DNA from: Thermodesulfovibrionales bacterium
Lineage (GTDB): Bacteria; Nitrospirota; Thermodesulfovibrionia; Thermodesulfovibrionales; SM23-35
Length of the DNA: 64,000 bases
Direction: 5' to 3'
Assembly (NCBI GenBank): GCA_963715195.1
Contig: CAVQRT010000008.1
Location: 1-64,000, forward strand
Below the pieces are notes generated by a model. It saw only the letters and a list, made by a program, of their open reading frames with translations, did not search any database and was not told the DNA's origin. Made by a program: the position numbers and the translations under genes. Below are positions 19,761 to 29,287 of the stretch, piece after piece (the first letter of the stretch is position 1; every line of letters starts with the position of its first letter).

Positions 19761-20510
19761 ATGCGTAAACCTTTTATCGCCGCAAATTGGAAGATGCATA
19801 AAACAATTGCGGAAACTCAGGCATTTCTATCGATATTTATCCCTCTGATCAAAGATGTAAAAGATGTGACCGTTGTGGTCGCCCCTCCTTTTACTTCTCT
19901 GGCAACGGTTGCCGAACAGGTTAAAAATACCAATATCGTGCTCGCTGCGCAGAATATGTTTTTTGAAGAAAAAGGTGCCTATACAGGAGAAATATCACCC
20001 ATGATGCTTGTCGATGCCGGTTGTTCATATGTCATTATCGGGCATTCTGAACGGAGGCAGTATTTCCTTGAAACGGATGAGGTCGTCAACAGGAAAATAA
20101 AAGCTGCACAGAAACATGATCTCGGCGTCATTGTTTGTATCGGTGAATCTCTCGTAGAGAGAGAGGCGGACAAGACATATGAGATATTGCAGAGGCAGCT
20201 TGAGGGAGGGTTGAACGATATCAGTCCGGCAGATATGGTCATTGCCTACGAGCCGGTCTGGGCCATCGGCACAGGAAAGACAGCTGCACCAGAACAGGCA
20301 CAAGAGGCACATGCATTTATCAGGGAAACCCTGAGAAGTTTCTATGGAAAAAGAGCGGATGAATTGTGTATACTATACGGCGGCAGCGTAACTCCGGAAA
20401 ATGTGGATTCGCTCATGGACTGCAGTGATATAGACGGGGCGCTTGTCGGCGGTGCAAGCCTTAAGGCGGAGAGCTTTGCCGGAATCGTACAATACAGGAA
20501 GAAATCATGA
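19761..20510 (+). CDS. tpiA: Triosephosphate isomerase
   Basis: ANWKM, GHSERR, AYEPVWAIGTG, LYGGSV, LVGGASL. Confidence 0.98.
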   Translation: MRKPFIAANWKMHKTIAETQAFLSIFIPLIKDVKDVTVVVAPPFTSLATVAEQVKNTNIVLAAQNMFFEEKGAYTGEISPMMLVDAGCSYVIIGHSERRQYFLETDEVVNRKIKAAQKHDLGVIVCIGESLVEREADKTYEILQRQLEGGLNDISPADMVIAYEPVWAIGTGKTAAPEQAQEAHAFIRETLRSFYGKRADELCILYGGSVTPENVDSLMDCSDIDGALVGGASLKAESFAGIVQYRKKS

Positions 20511-20881
20511 CGACAGTATTAACCATAATTCATATCATTGTTTGCCTGTTCCTGATTGCCGTTGTTTTGCTCCAGAGCGGCAAAGGAGCTGAAATGGGCG
20601 CAGCGTTCGGAGGGTCAAGCCAGACCCTTTTCGGAAGCCGCGGTGCCGCTTCTTTCCTCAGCAAGATGACTTCCGTTGCCGCTGTTGTCTTCATGCTTAC
20701 CTCCCTGTCACTGGCTATCGTGGCATCGCGGGGCGGCAGCTCTGTTCTTCAACAGACCCCTGCGTCCCGGCAGCAATCATCACCGCCTGTGAGCGGGCCC
20801 TTGCAGGCACCGCAGCAGCAGGTTCCGGAGACACAGCCCCAGGCGCCTCCTCAGGCACCGCTGCAGAATCCATCCAAATAG
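20507..20881 (+). CDS. secG: Preprotein translocase subunit SecG
   Basis: LLQSGKGAEMGAAFGGSSQTLFG, two TM helices, P/Q-rich tail, tpiA-secG order. Confidence 0.95.
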   Translation: MTTVLTIIHIIVCLFLIAVVLLQSGKGAEMGAAFGGSSQTLFGSRGAASFLSKMTSVAAVVFMLTSLSLAIVASRGGSSVLQQTPASRQQSSPPVSGPLQAPQQQVPETQPQAPPQAPLQNPSK

Positions 20882-21083
20882 CAGATAGAGTCTTTCCCTT
20901 AAAGGTATAGATTACCATTGTCCTTCTTGACCACCGTATCAAGCAGGGGAGGGGCTCCCAATCCAGAATTTGTTGATCCCGAAGACGCTTAGGACTGGAT
21001 TTCCCGATCTGACACATAATAAAGGCTTTACTAATTAGACCGAGGCAAACTGGGCTTCTTTGAATTATTTCTATTGGAATGAA

Positions 21084-21866
21084 TTATGGATAGGTCAATT
21101 GAAGTCTGTGAATTGCGGTCGATTTTCCGGTCTCTTCATCCGTCTCGATAACAACCGCAGAAAAGATTCCTTCCCCTTTGGCTGTTTCGAATCGCATGGG
21201 CATATTCGTAAGGAATCTCCGGATGATTTGTTCCTTTTCTATGCCGATTACCGAGTCCGAAGGTCCTGTCATGCCGACATCGGTAATGTAGGCTGTTCCG
21301 CCGGGCAATATCTTTTCGTCAGCGGTCTGAACGTGCGTGTGAGTCCCTATGACGGCACTCACCCTGCCGTCCATGTAATGGCCGAATGCAATTTTTTCGG
21401 AAGTTGCCTCTGCGTGAAAATCGATGATAATGATCTTTGTTTCAGCATGCAGCTTTTCGATCGTTTCTTTGCCTGCCCTGAAAGGGCAATCAATGTTCGC
21501 CATGAATACCCGTCCGGACAGATTAACGACCGCGACTTTTACCCCGTTTGGAAGGGTGTATACGATGCTTCCGAACCCGGGAACCCCGGGAGGATAGTTT
21601 AAGGGTCTGAGCACCCTGTCTTCCTTAGAAATCTGTGGGATAAATTCTTTCTTGTCCCAAACATGGTTGCCTGTCGTAATTATCTGTACTCCATAACCGA
21701 AAATCTCTGAGACTGTCTTTTCTGTGATGCCAAAACCGCCTGCTGCGTTCTCGCCGTTGGCAATGACGAGATCGATCCTGTATTTGCCGGCTACGGACGG
21801 GAGAAGGGTTTTTGTTGCGTTTCTCCCGATTTTCCCGACAATATCACCGATGAATAAGAATTTCAT
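21084..21866 (-). CDS. ymdB: YmdB-family (TIGR00282) metallophosphoesterase
   Basis: GDIVG, NGENAAGG, GNHVWD, DFHAEATSEK, GTHTH, TDVGMTG; follows rny. Confidence 0.93.
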   Translation of the reverse strand: MKFLFIGDIVGKIGRNATKTLLPSVAGKYRIDLVIANGENAAGGFGITEKTVSEIFGYGVQIITTGNHVWDKKEFIPQISKEDRVLRPLNYPPGVPGFGSIVYTLPNGVKVAVVNLSGRVFMANIDCPFRAGKETIEKLHAETKIIIIDFHAEATSEKIAFGHYMDGRVSAVIGTHTHVQTADEKILPGGTAYITDVGMTGPSDSVIGIEKEQIIRRFLTNMPMRFETAKGEGIFSAVVIETDEETGKSTAIHRLQLTYP

Positions 21867-21945
21867 ATTTCAAGATGCACAATGGATGTTCGCAATAATG
21901 CTGTCAATCGTGAATTATGCCTCCTGTTCCGTATCCCGTATGTGC

Positions 21946-23508
21946 TTATTTAGCGTATTCAACGTACCTCGATTCCCTGATGACGGTCACCTTTATCTGT
22001 CCGGGATATGTCATCTCGGATTCAATCTTCTTTGCCATCTCCCGTGATATCATGGATGAGATTTCATCGCTTACGTCTTCGGGTTTCACGATGACCCGTA
22101 TTTCTCTCCCTGCCTGGATCGCATAACATTTTTCAACCCCCCGGTAGGAAAGAGCCATCTGTTCGAGTTTCTCGAGGCGTTTTAGGTAATTTTCAATGCT
22201 CTCTTTCCTGACCCCGGGACGTGCCGCTGACAGCGCATCGGATGCGGCGATGAGCGCTGCCTCAACGGTTATGGGGTCGCCTTCTCCATGATGAACGAGG
22301 ATGGCATTCACTACCTTGTGATTCTCCCCGTATTTTTTTGCAATGTTCGCCCCGATTTCCTGATGGGAACCCTCTATTTCGTGGTCTATTGCCTTCCCAA
22401 TATCATGTAGGATACCCGCTCTTCTTGCGAGCTTGGGATCTGTCCTCAATTCACTGGCCATCATCCCTGCAAGGTATGCAACCTCGCGCGAGTGCTGGAG
22501 GACATTCTGACCATATGATGTCCTGTATTTCAGTCTTCCGATAAGGCGGATAAGTTCCGGATGGATGCCGGAGAGCCCGAAGTCGAAAACAGCCTTTTCG
22601 CCTTCCTCCCTGATATGTGCTTCGATCTCTTTCTTAACCTTTTCAACGATCTCTTCAATCCTTGTTGGGTGAATTCTCCCGTCTGTTATCAAACGCTCGA
22701 GAGATATCCGCGCGATTTCACGCCTGACAGGATCGAATGCCGAGAGCGTTACCGTTTCAGGGGTATCGTCCACAATGAGGTCAACACCGGTTGCAGCCTC
22801 GAGTGCCCTGATATTCCTGCCCTCCCTCCCGATTATCCTCCCCTTCATTTCGTCATTGGGAAGGGTTACAGACGATACCGTTGAATCAGTGACATAGTCG
22901 CTTGCGTATCTCTGGATCGAAAAACCGATAATCTCTTTTGCCTTTTTCTCGGCATTCTCTCTGGTCTCATCCTCAATTCTTTTGGCAAGCTTTGCCGCTT
23001 CGAACCGTGATTCTTCCTCTACCTTCTGCAACAGTTCCTGCCGCGCATCCTCCACACTCAATCCAGATACTCTCTCCAGTGTCTCCTTCTGCTCCTTCAG
23101 TAATTTGTTTAAAGTATTTTCATTCTCCTGCAAAGAGCGCTCTTTTACCGTGTATTCTTTTTCCCTCTTGCCCATCTCTTGGTCCCGTTTGTCGATTTGC
23201 TCGAATTTTCTCTCGATCGTTTCCTCTTTCTGTCTCAGCCTTTTGTCCAGATGGTTCAGTTCCGAGCGTCTTTCCCGCAATTCTTTCTCAGCTTCAGCTT
23301 TGGCCAGGTAAACCACATCCTTTGCTTCGACCAGTGATTCCTTTTTGATGCTTTCAGCTTCTTTCCGTGCGATTTCCAGAATTTTTGCTCTTTCACTCTC
23401 AAGGGCAATTTTCTGGTTTTTGAGTTTTGTCTGTGCGATAACAAAAACAATGAATCCTGACGCAATACCTACAAGTACAGCAATGAGTACATACACAATC
23501 TGATTCAT
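21946..23508 (-). CDS. rny: Ribonuclease Y
   Basis: N-terminal TM, coiled coil, KH domain ([13 protein letters not shown]), HD domain (LHDIGK), AIQAGREIR. Start at ATG 23508 after AAGGGGG. Confidence 0.97.
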   Translation of the reverse strand: MNQIVYVLIAVLVGIASGFIVFVIAQTKLKNQKIALESERAKILEIARKEAESIKKESLVEAKDVVYLAKAEAEKELRERRSELNHLDKRLRQKEETIERKFEQIDKRDQEMGKREKEYTVKERSLQENENTLNKLLKEQKETLERVSGLSVEDARQELLQKVEEESRFEAAKLAKRIEDETRENAEKKAKEIIGFSIQRYASDYVTDSTVSSVTLPNDEMKGRIIGREGRNIRALEAATGVDLIVDDTPETVTLSAFDPVRREIARISLERLITDGRIHPTRIEEIVEKVKKEIEAHIREEGEKAVFDFGLSGIHPELIRLIGRLKYRTSYGQNVLQHSREVAYLAGMMASELRTDPKLARRAGILHDIGKAIDHEIEGSHQEIGANIAKKYGENHKVVNAILVHHGEGDPITVEAALIAASDALSAARPGVRKESIENYLKRLEKLEQMALSYRGVEKCYAIQAGREIRVIVKPEDVSDEISSMISREMAKKIESEMTYPGQIKVTVIRESRYVEYAK

Positions 23509-23748
23509 GTATAGGCAACCCCCTTCCTTAATCTTCCCTGAACGTTGAGGGATCGATAAGAGAAGCAAAAAAGCTTCATCTGTCGTTTTCGAATTGTTAC
23601 GCAGGCAGGGTTATGAATTACAAAAGAATCTTGGAGGTGAGAAAGTGATTATTCTTAAAGATTAATTTCCATCTGCTCTGTATGAAACACCATGTATGTA
23701 AAATCCTCCAAAAAGGAATGTACATCATAAACCTGCCTGTAAAAACAA

Positions 23749-23928
23749 ACCCACCCTGCCGTGCAAGAAGAAATTAGATCCGCCTATGAAATAGGTGGGT
23801 GCCCTGAAAGAGCCATTAGGCTTCCCTGCACGTATTTCACAAGGCATGCACACCGACCCTTTACGCAGACTCCCAAAAGATCTAACTTGCCGGATCAACA
23901 AGTTCTCCTTATCACAAACAGGGCAGGC
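23749..23928 (-). ncRNA. ssrS: 6S RNA
   Basis: About 180 nt. Terminal stem GCCTGCCCTGTTTGTG / CACGGCAGGGTGGGT. Internal GGGAG, GTGTGCATG and CACCCACCT elements recognisable from 6S RNAs. Upstream of rny, a common location. Confidence 0.8.
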
Positions 23929-24044
23929 AATGAAATAAAAACCTCCTTAATGATTATCGTAAAAATCCTTAAGAGTACAATAAAATAAAACCGTGCCTTA
24001 TGGCAAGGAGAATCTTCAGGGGCTTTTATGAAGATACGGAGGTT

Positions 24045-24686
24045 TTACGGAGAACTGTTTTTGGGTATCGTATAGGTACAGGAAGTATCGCCGTCAACGA
24101 TACATGCCTCCCGGCTGATTTCTTTGCCTATTAGTTCCTTGAACATCAGGAGGTCGTAACGGCAGGCATCCTTGTATTCTGACGATAAGCGATAAATGGG
24201 ACAATTGAATATTTTTATCGTAAAGTGGTTATTGGTATCCTGAAACTCCGTCAGGTATCCTTTTACATCGAGGATAGTTGAAAGTATGGAGAGCTTTTCT
24301 CTGAGATTTTTCCGCTCCGGTATAGATTCTTTCAAATCTCTCAGGAATCTGTTCTTGTGCCACTTGAACAGTTCTTCTATCCTCTGCTTTCCTTCATGGT
24401 TCTCGATGTCTTTGAATGTCTCGATAATGAACTCGTCGTAAGCCGTGGGGAAGAGGTTTTGTGCCTTTTCTGTGAGCCGGTACAGAAAGGCGGGGCGTCC
24501 TATACCCTGCCTTTTCGTAACATAATCGATGTACCCCTTTCTTTCCAGTGACAAAAGATGCTGCCGTATTCCCATGGAGGTAATGTCTAATTCATTGCTG
24601 AGGTCTTCAATCGAGAGCGGACCGTTCTTTTTCAGGAGGAAAATGATCTTTTCCCGTGTCGGATTTTCATTCACATGCTTCAGCAT
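24045..24686 (-). CDS. HTH transcriptional regulator, SufR-like
   Basis: TREKII...LSIEDLSNELDITSMGIRQHLLSLE, GRPAFLYRLT, C-terminal Cys (NCPI, CRY, CIVDGDTSC). Confidence 0.8.
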   Translation of the reverse strand: MLKHVNENPTREKIIFLLKKNGPLSIEDLSNELDITSMGIRQHLLSLERKGYIDYVTKRQGIGRPAFLYRLTEKAQNLFPTAYDEFIIETFKDIENHEGKQRIEELFKWHKNRFLRDLKESIPERKNLREKLSILSTILDVKGYLTEFQDTNNHFTIKIFNCPIYRLSSEYKDACRYDLLMFKELIGKEISREACIVDGDTSCTYTIPKNSSP

Positions 24687-24835
24687 AATAAGAAACTATC
24701 ATAAATTCAGATTTTTGTAAATAAAATTTATAAAAAATGGTACGGGGTAATTGAGTCCCAGTAATCACCTGATTGAGTAACGGCAGGAAATCCCGTTGCG
24801 GTTGCCACGGGAATAGCAATTTGATAGACTTCTCT

Positions 24836-26347
24836 ATGATTCAAAACAGGAGCATCACCGGTTGGCCATTGGAGAAAAAACTCTATCAACTGATTTTCGG
24901 CAGGCTTGATGGCGGGAAAATCCCGGTTCCGCAGTATCAGAAAAGGATTCTCCGGCTTGTCCGGAACGGTATCGGTGGATTTATTCTCTTTGGAGGTAAA
25001 AAAGATGAAGTGAGGGGCTTCAATGCCGAGTTGCAGGCGGTCTCGGAATTCCCTCTCTTGATCGCCTCGGATATTGAACGGGGGGTAGGGCAGCAGGTTG
25101 AGGGCTGTACGCTTTTCCCATGCCAGATGGCAATGGCGGCGGCAACCGACAGGTTCAATCCCAATGATGTTGCAATCCTTGAAGAAGCCATACAAGCAGT
25201 TGCCCGTGAAGCCGAACATATTGGCATCAATATGCCCCTCATACCTGTCCTTGACGTGAACAAGGATCCTGATAATCCGATCATCTGCACCAGAGCTTTC
25301 TCTGATGACCCGGAGGTCGTGACATGGTTCGGGTTGCTATATATCGAAATCCTTGAAAAAGCCGGTCTTGTGAGCTGTGCAAAACATTTTCCCGGTCACG
25401 GTGACACGGCGGTTGACTCGCATCTCTCGCTCCCCGTTATCAGAAAATCCTGTGAAGAACTGATCAGCACAGATGTCATGCCGTTCAGGGCTGCTGTCAG
25501 GCATGGTGTCAGCAGCATCATGATCGGTCACCTGAGGGTACCCGCAATCGACTCTCTGCCCGCGAGCCTGTCGCGGAAGATTCATACAATGCTAAGGAGC
25601 GCTCTCGGATTTGAAGGCCTTATCCTGACAGATGCCCTGACGATGAAAGCGCTTGATGATATTCCTGATGCCTCAGTCCGCTGCCTGAATGCGGGAGCGG
25701 ATATTCTGTTGCATCCTGCGGACCCCGATGAAACAGTGAAGGCGCTCATCTCCGCCATTTCATCCGGAAAACTTGATGAAGAACGGATAGATGCAGCCCT
25801 GAGCCGAATCATCAGAAGGAAGGAAACGCTGCGGGATGCCGTAACGCGTGATGTCGATTTTCATGCACATGCCGCTCTCTCATCGCAGGTTGCCAATAAA
25901 TCTGTCAGTCTCATCAAGTGCACACCCGGGGCGGTGCCTCTTGCTGAGGGAGAGGATGTCCATATCTTCATGGCCGGAGACCGGGATCCCGCAAGTATGT
26001 CTCCTCTTAGATCCCTGTCACCCAAAGTGTGGATGCTCTCTGGACAGAGCAATTACCCGGATCTCCGCAACGCAACAACCATCGTTGCCATATTTACGAG
26101 TATCGCTGCATGGAGAGGCAATCCGGGGATCAGCAGAAATGAACAAGAACGGATTCGTAGGATCATAACCAGTTCCCGCAAGTCTATGGTCCTTTCCTTC
26201 GGCAATCCCTATGTGCTCCGGCATTTCCCGGAATCTGATGCGCTTCTTGCAGCGTATGATGCTACCGGTGAGACCCAGAAAACGATTGTGCGATGGTTGA
26301 CAGAACCGGGCGTGCTTTATGGAAAAATACCGGTCACCTTCCCGTAA
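24836..26347 (+). CDS. nagZ: Glycoside hydrolase family 3, beta-N-acetylhexosaminidase-like
   Basis: SDIERG, PVLDV, RAFSDDP, KHFPGHGDTAVDSH, TDALTM, C-terminal SFGNPY. Exact start uncertain. Confidence 0.85.
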   Translation: MIQNRSITGWPLEKKLYQLIFGRLDGGKIPVPQYQKRILRLVRNGIGGFILFGGKKDEVRGFNAELQAVSEFPLLIASDIERGVGQQVEGCTLFPCQMAMAAATDRFNPNDVAILEEAIQAVAREAEHIGINMPLIPVLDVNKDPDNPIICTRAFSDDPEVVTWFGLLYIEILEKAGLVSCAKHFPGHGDTAVDSHLSLPVIRKSCEELISTDVMPFRAAVRHGVSSIMIGHLRVPAIDSLPASLSRKIHTMLRSALGFEGLILTDALTMKALDDIPDASVRCLNAGADILLHPADPDETVKALISAISSGKLDEERIDAALSRIIRRKETLRDAVTRDVDFHAHAALSSQVANKSVSLIKCTPGAVPLAEGEDVHIFMAGDRDPASMSPLRSLSPKVWMLSGQSNYPDLRNATTIVAIFTSIAAWRGNPGISRNEQERIRRIITSSRKSMVLSFGNPYVLRHFPESDALLAAYDATGETQKTIVRWLTEPGVLYGKIPVTFP

Positions 26348-26348
26348 G

Positions 26349-27239
26349 ATGGATTTGGAAACCGTCTCTTTTCCCGGAAATCCTGAAAAGCCTTCGATTG
26401 TATTTATTCACGGGCTGGGAATGGATAAAAACATTTGGGTTGCCCCGCTCAGGTCCCGTGTCCTTGGTGGTATGTTTCCGCTTGAGTTTCTCGTCAACAG
26501 GTATGCTCCGAAAGAACCCCGCGTTTTTCAGACACTGTTCCATGACCTCAAGAAGAGAGGGTATCCCGTGATTACCTGGAGCCAGCAGAAATTGTCAGTG
26601 CCGATACATGCCGTTGTACCGGAGCTGCATACTGTAGTCACGCTAGCACGCGGAATGTCAGATGCAGGAATCATCCTCATTGGACACAGCAGGGGAGGAC
26701 TGATCGGGCGAAAATATCTCTCGGAGACAGATGAACCGCTGAGAGGCCTAATAACGCTTGCTGCTCCCCACAAGGGAAGTGCTATCGCAAAAGTGGTCCG
26801 GTATATTGCTCCGCTTGCCTCCGTGCTCAGTCCGCTTGTTCAAGGCGACAAAAATAATGTATCCCGCTCTCTCAAGAGGATAAGCGAATTTTTGAAGAGC
26901 AAGGCATTACAGGAACTTCTCCCTGAATCACGTTTTTTCAAAACATTGCATGACGGCCCCCGTGCGGGTGTTTCCTATTTCTCTGCCGGTGGCACGAATC
27001 CTGTCCTTTTCACGTTATCCGCCGTTTCATTCCCCGTGATCTTTGAGAAGATTATCCCCGGGCATCTCTATCCGGATGAGATGAGGCCGGGTATGGGTGA
27101 CGGACTCGTTTCTGCAGAAAGTGCAAAAATACCATGGGCTGATGAACATTTCTCTTTCGACTGCAATCATGCAGAAATCTTGTTTGATGAAAGGGTGCGG
27201 AATACACTCATGCATGCAGTCGGACGGATATGCCCCTGA
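26349..27239 (+). CDS. Alpha/beta hydrolase (lipase/esterase-like)
   Basis: FIHGLG oxyanion motif, GHSRGG nucleophile elbow, APHKGS, GDGLV, NH. Confidence 0.88.
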   Translation: MDLETVSFPGNPEKPSIVFIHGLGMDKNIWVAPLRSRVLGGMFPLEFLVNRYAPKEPRVFQTLFHDLKKRGYPVITWSQQKLSVPIHAVVPELHTVVTLARGMSDAGIILIGHSRGGLIGRKYLSETDEPLRGLITLAAPHKGSAIAKVVRYIAPLASVLSPLVQGDKNNVSRSLKRISEFLKSKALQELLPESRFFKTLHDGPRAGVSYFSAGGTNPVLFTLSAVSFPVIFEKIIPGHLYPDEMRPGMGDGLVSAESAKIPWADEHFSFDCNHAEILFDERVRNTLMHAVGRICP

Positions 27240-27423
27240 AGGCCATGAAACTGATGCCCTGCCGGTCCGATATATACAGCCTTATTCCGCTGCTGGTTGT
27301 CTCTCCGAGAGATTCATCCATCCGTGTCGCCGTGACAACGATTTCATCGAGCTGAACGTTTTCTCCCGCAGATACTGACGGGGTGATGAGAAATAGCCAT
27401 GCGAACAACAATGCAATCATCAT
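27208..27423 (-). pseudogene. Truncated TonB-dependent receptor (BtuB-like), N-terminal remnant
   Basis: Signal peptide plus TonB box LDEIVVTATR, then loss of similarity after about 27290. Lies downstream of a cobalamin riboswitch. Confidence 0.75.
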
Positions 27424-28214
27424 CTGGGTGTTTCCTCAAAAAGATTATTTTCATATCGTATGTATGCTCTGCCTGAATCATCCCTTTTCATTTCAATATC
27501 CAGATCAAATGCCTCCCGGAGCATTGCTCGTGTCAGAATCGCATCGGGGCTTCCCATTCCGAGAATTTTCCCGTCCTTCAGCACGATCACTTTTCCGAAC
27601 TGCAGTGCCATATTGATATCATGGAGTGCCATGATGATAGAGATGCCTTTTTCTTTGCGTAAGCGATCGAGCAACCTGAGAATCTCAACCTGGTATTTGA
27701 TGTCAAGATTTGCGAGTGGCTCATCGAGAAGAAGAATGCCGGCTCCCTGCAGCAATGTCATGGCGATGAGCGTCCTTCTCTTTTCACCTCCACTCAAGTT
27801 CGTTATCAGACAATCAGATTTGTCCTGCAGGCCAACCGTCTCCAATGCCTCCCCAACGGTGGTTTCCGGAAGGATGTCATAAGGATACAATCCCATGCTT
27901 ACAAGATCCCTGACTTTAAACGGGATCTGTATGTCGAGAAACTGGGGAAGATAACACAGGAGTTTTGCCCTGTCCTTATTCTTGTAGGACTGCAAAGGTC
28001 TATTCCAGAGGGTTACGAGGCCGGCCGAAGGAGTCAATATCCCGCTTGCGAGTTTGAGGATTGTTGATTTTCCCGATCCGTTGGCACCCAGGAGGCCTAT
28101 AAATTTACCTTCCCCGAGCGAAAAAGAAAGGTCATGAATAAATGCTTTTTCGTGAGCATAGGTGAACGTAACACCGTCAAGGTTTAGGATGGCATGAGCG
28201 GATACTGCAGACAT
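27420..28214 (-). CDS. Cobalamin/iron-chelate ABC transporter ATPase (BtuD/FecE-like)
   Basis: GANGSGKST, LSGGEKRR, LLLDEP, LHDINMA; AGGAG SD; downstream of a B12 riboswitch. Confidence 0.88.
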   Translation of the reverse strand: MSAVSAHAILNLDGVTFTYAHEKAFIHDLSFSLGEGKFIGLLGANGSGKSTILKLASGILTPSAGLVTLWNRPLQSYKNKDRAKLLCYLPQFLDIQIPFKVRDLVSMGLYPYDILPETTVGEALETVGLQDKSDCLITNLSGGEKRRTLIAMTLLQGAGILLLDEPLANLDIKYQVEILRLLDRLRKEKGISIIMALHDINMALQFGKVIVLKDGKILGMGSPDAILTRAMLREAFDLDIEMKRDDSGRAYIRYENNLFEETPR

Positions 28215-28346
28215 ATCTCCTCTCTATTTTCTTATTTACGGAAAGAAAGGGGATTAAACGAGCTACACATTGCTTCCTCCCTCGGGAAATTTGAGGCAGC
28301 TTTCAGAGACTTCCTTGCACTTCACTCTGAACTCCGAACTCATAGA

Positions 28347-28520
28347 GGACTGGACAGGTCTTCCGGCTCAGGGCTTCTCGGTGCTGTAGTCTACTTGCCT
28401 GCCTTCCCATCCCGGTATCCCGGGACAGTGGCTTGATCAGGCTTTCGTTCCCTTCACGGCTGCGGGGCAGCGGGAGAATCACCGATAATGGCTCACTCCA
28501 CTTCCCTAACTTCCAGCCAC
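28347..28520 (-). promoter_or_regulatory. Cobalamin riboswitch
   Basis: Minus strand AGGGAA...CTGCCCCGCAGCCGTGA...GCCACTG...GGGAAGG...AGCCGGAAGACCTG (B12 box) in canonical order. Confidence 0.92.
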
Positions 28521-28670
28521 GATAATGTCTTTCTTCAAAAGCGTCTGTTTTATATCATATTGGGCGCATTGTTTTCAATAGCACTATCCATAAACCAGAC
28601 GGCAGAATGTTATGACCACATGCAAAGCAAATCTGATAAAATGTGGTATATTTTTTTCAGAAAAGCTCGT

Positions 28671-28922
28671 ATGAAAGATGCGGAAGAACTGATAAGGCGG
28701 TATGGTCTTGAAGAAGACCCTGAGCATATCATCATCCCTTTCCGTGATAAGGACGGCAGGCAGAAGCGGCGGTATCTCTTGAAGAGAAGATTTATCCGGA
28801 TTGTATATACTGAAGGGTATTTCGTCGATTATCCGATCGCAGACGTTATCAGGGCAACCGTCAGATATCCCGAGCTTCTGCTGAGTGAAGCGCTGTATCG
28901 CATGTATGGGGAATCAGATTAG
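28671..28922 (+). CDS. Hypothetical protein (83 aa)
   Basis: Coding-like ORF from ATG 28671 (MKDAEELIRRYGLEEDPEHIIIPF...), with TG-n-TATATT upstream. Confidence 0.6.
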   Translation: MKDAEELIRRYGLEEDPEHIIIPFRDKDGRQKRRYLLKRRFIRIVYTEGYFVDYPIADVIRATVRYPELLLSEALYRMYGESD

Positions 28923-29279
28923 CTTCCCGATACATTTGCCTTCGTATTCAGGAAAATCTTCAAAGTTGAGGGGTTTTTTCCGTGTCATGTTGAGCTTCAG
29001 GAGTTTGAAGTTTAGCTCTCGAATTTTTTTCAGCCTTTCCTTGTCATCATCAAGGGTTTTCATAACGGAGAACAGATTTACCACTTCGTTCCTTGCCTCA
29101 AGTTCCGGCGGGATATAGCCGGCATTTTTCAGAAACCGGTAAGCCATTCTGAGGTCTTCAGGTATCCATGTCTCCTCTTCGATTTTTATCGGCTTGCCCC
29201 GACCTTCGAGGTTATCGAATTCCCCATTTTCGATGGCTTCCCTAATCCGCTGTTCAGCAATCCTTGCAAAGCAATCCAT
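28914..29279 (-). CDS. DUF1992 (DnaJ-C28-like) domain protein
   Basis: IAEQRIREAIENGEFDNLEGRGKP, LKNAGYIPPE. Confidence 0.88.
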   Translation of the reverse strand: MDCFARIAEQRIREAIENGEFDNLEGRGKPIKIEEETWIPEDLRMAYRFLKNAGYIPPELEARNEVVNLFSVMKTLDDDKERLKKIRELNFKLLKLNMTRKKPLNFEDFPEYEGKCIGKLI

Positions 29280-29287
29280 GTCTATTT

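Noticed and set aside
20882..21083. Spacer after secG: possible tRNA-Leu, c-di-GMP riboswitch (GGCAAAC) or gene remnant
   Set aside because: No cloverleaf or T-loop; GGCAAAC lacks the downstream GAAA...ACGCAAA elements; only a weak AATCCAG/CTGGATT stem and short interrupted frames.
23761..23988. 75-aa plus-strand ORF
   Set aside because: Antisense to the 6S RNA, no SD, no recognisable motifs.
24740..24815. Small hairpins upstream of nagZ
   Set aside because: No recognisable riboswitch consensus and no U-tract; could arise by chance.
28194..28436. 80-aa plus-strand ORF
   Set aside because: Antisense to the cobalamin riboswitch and its expression platform.
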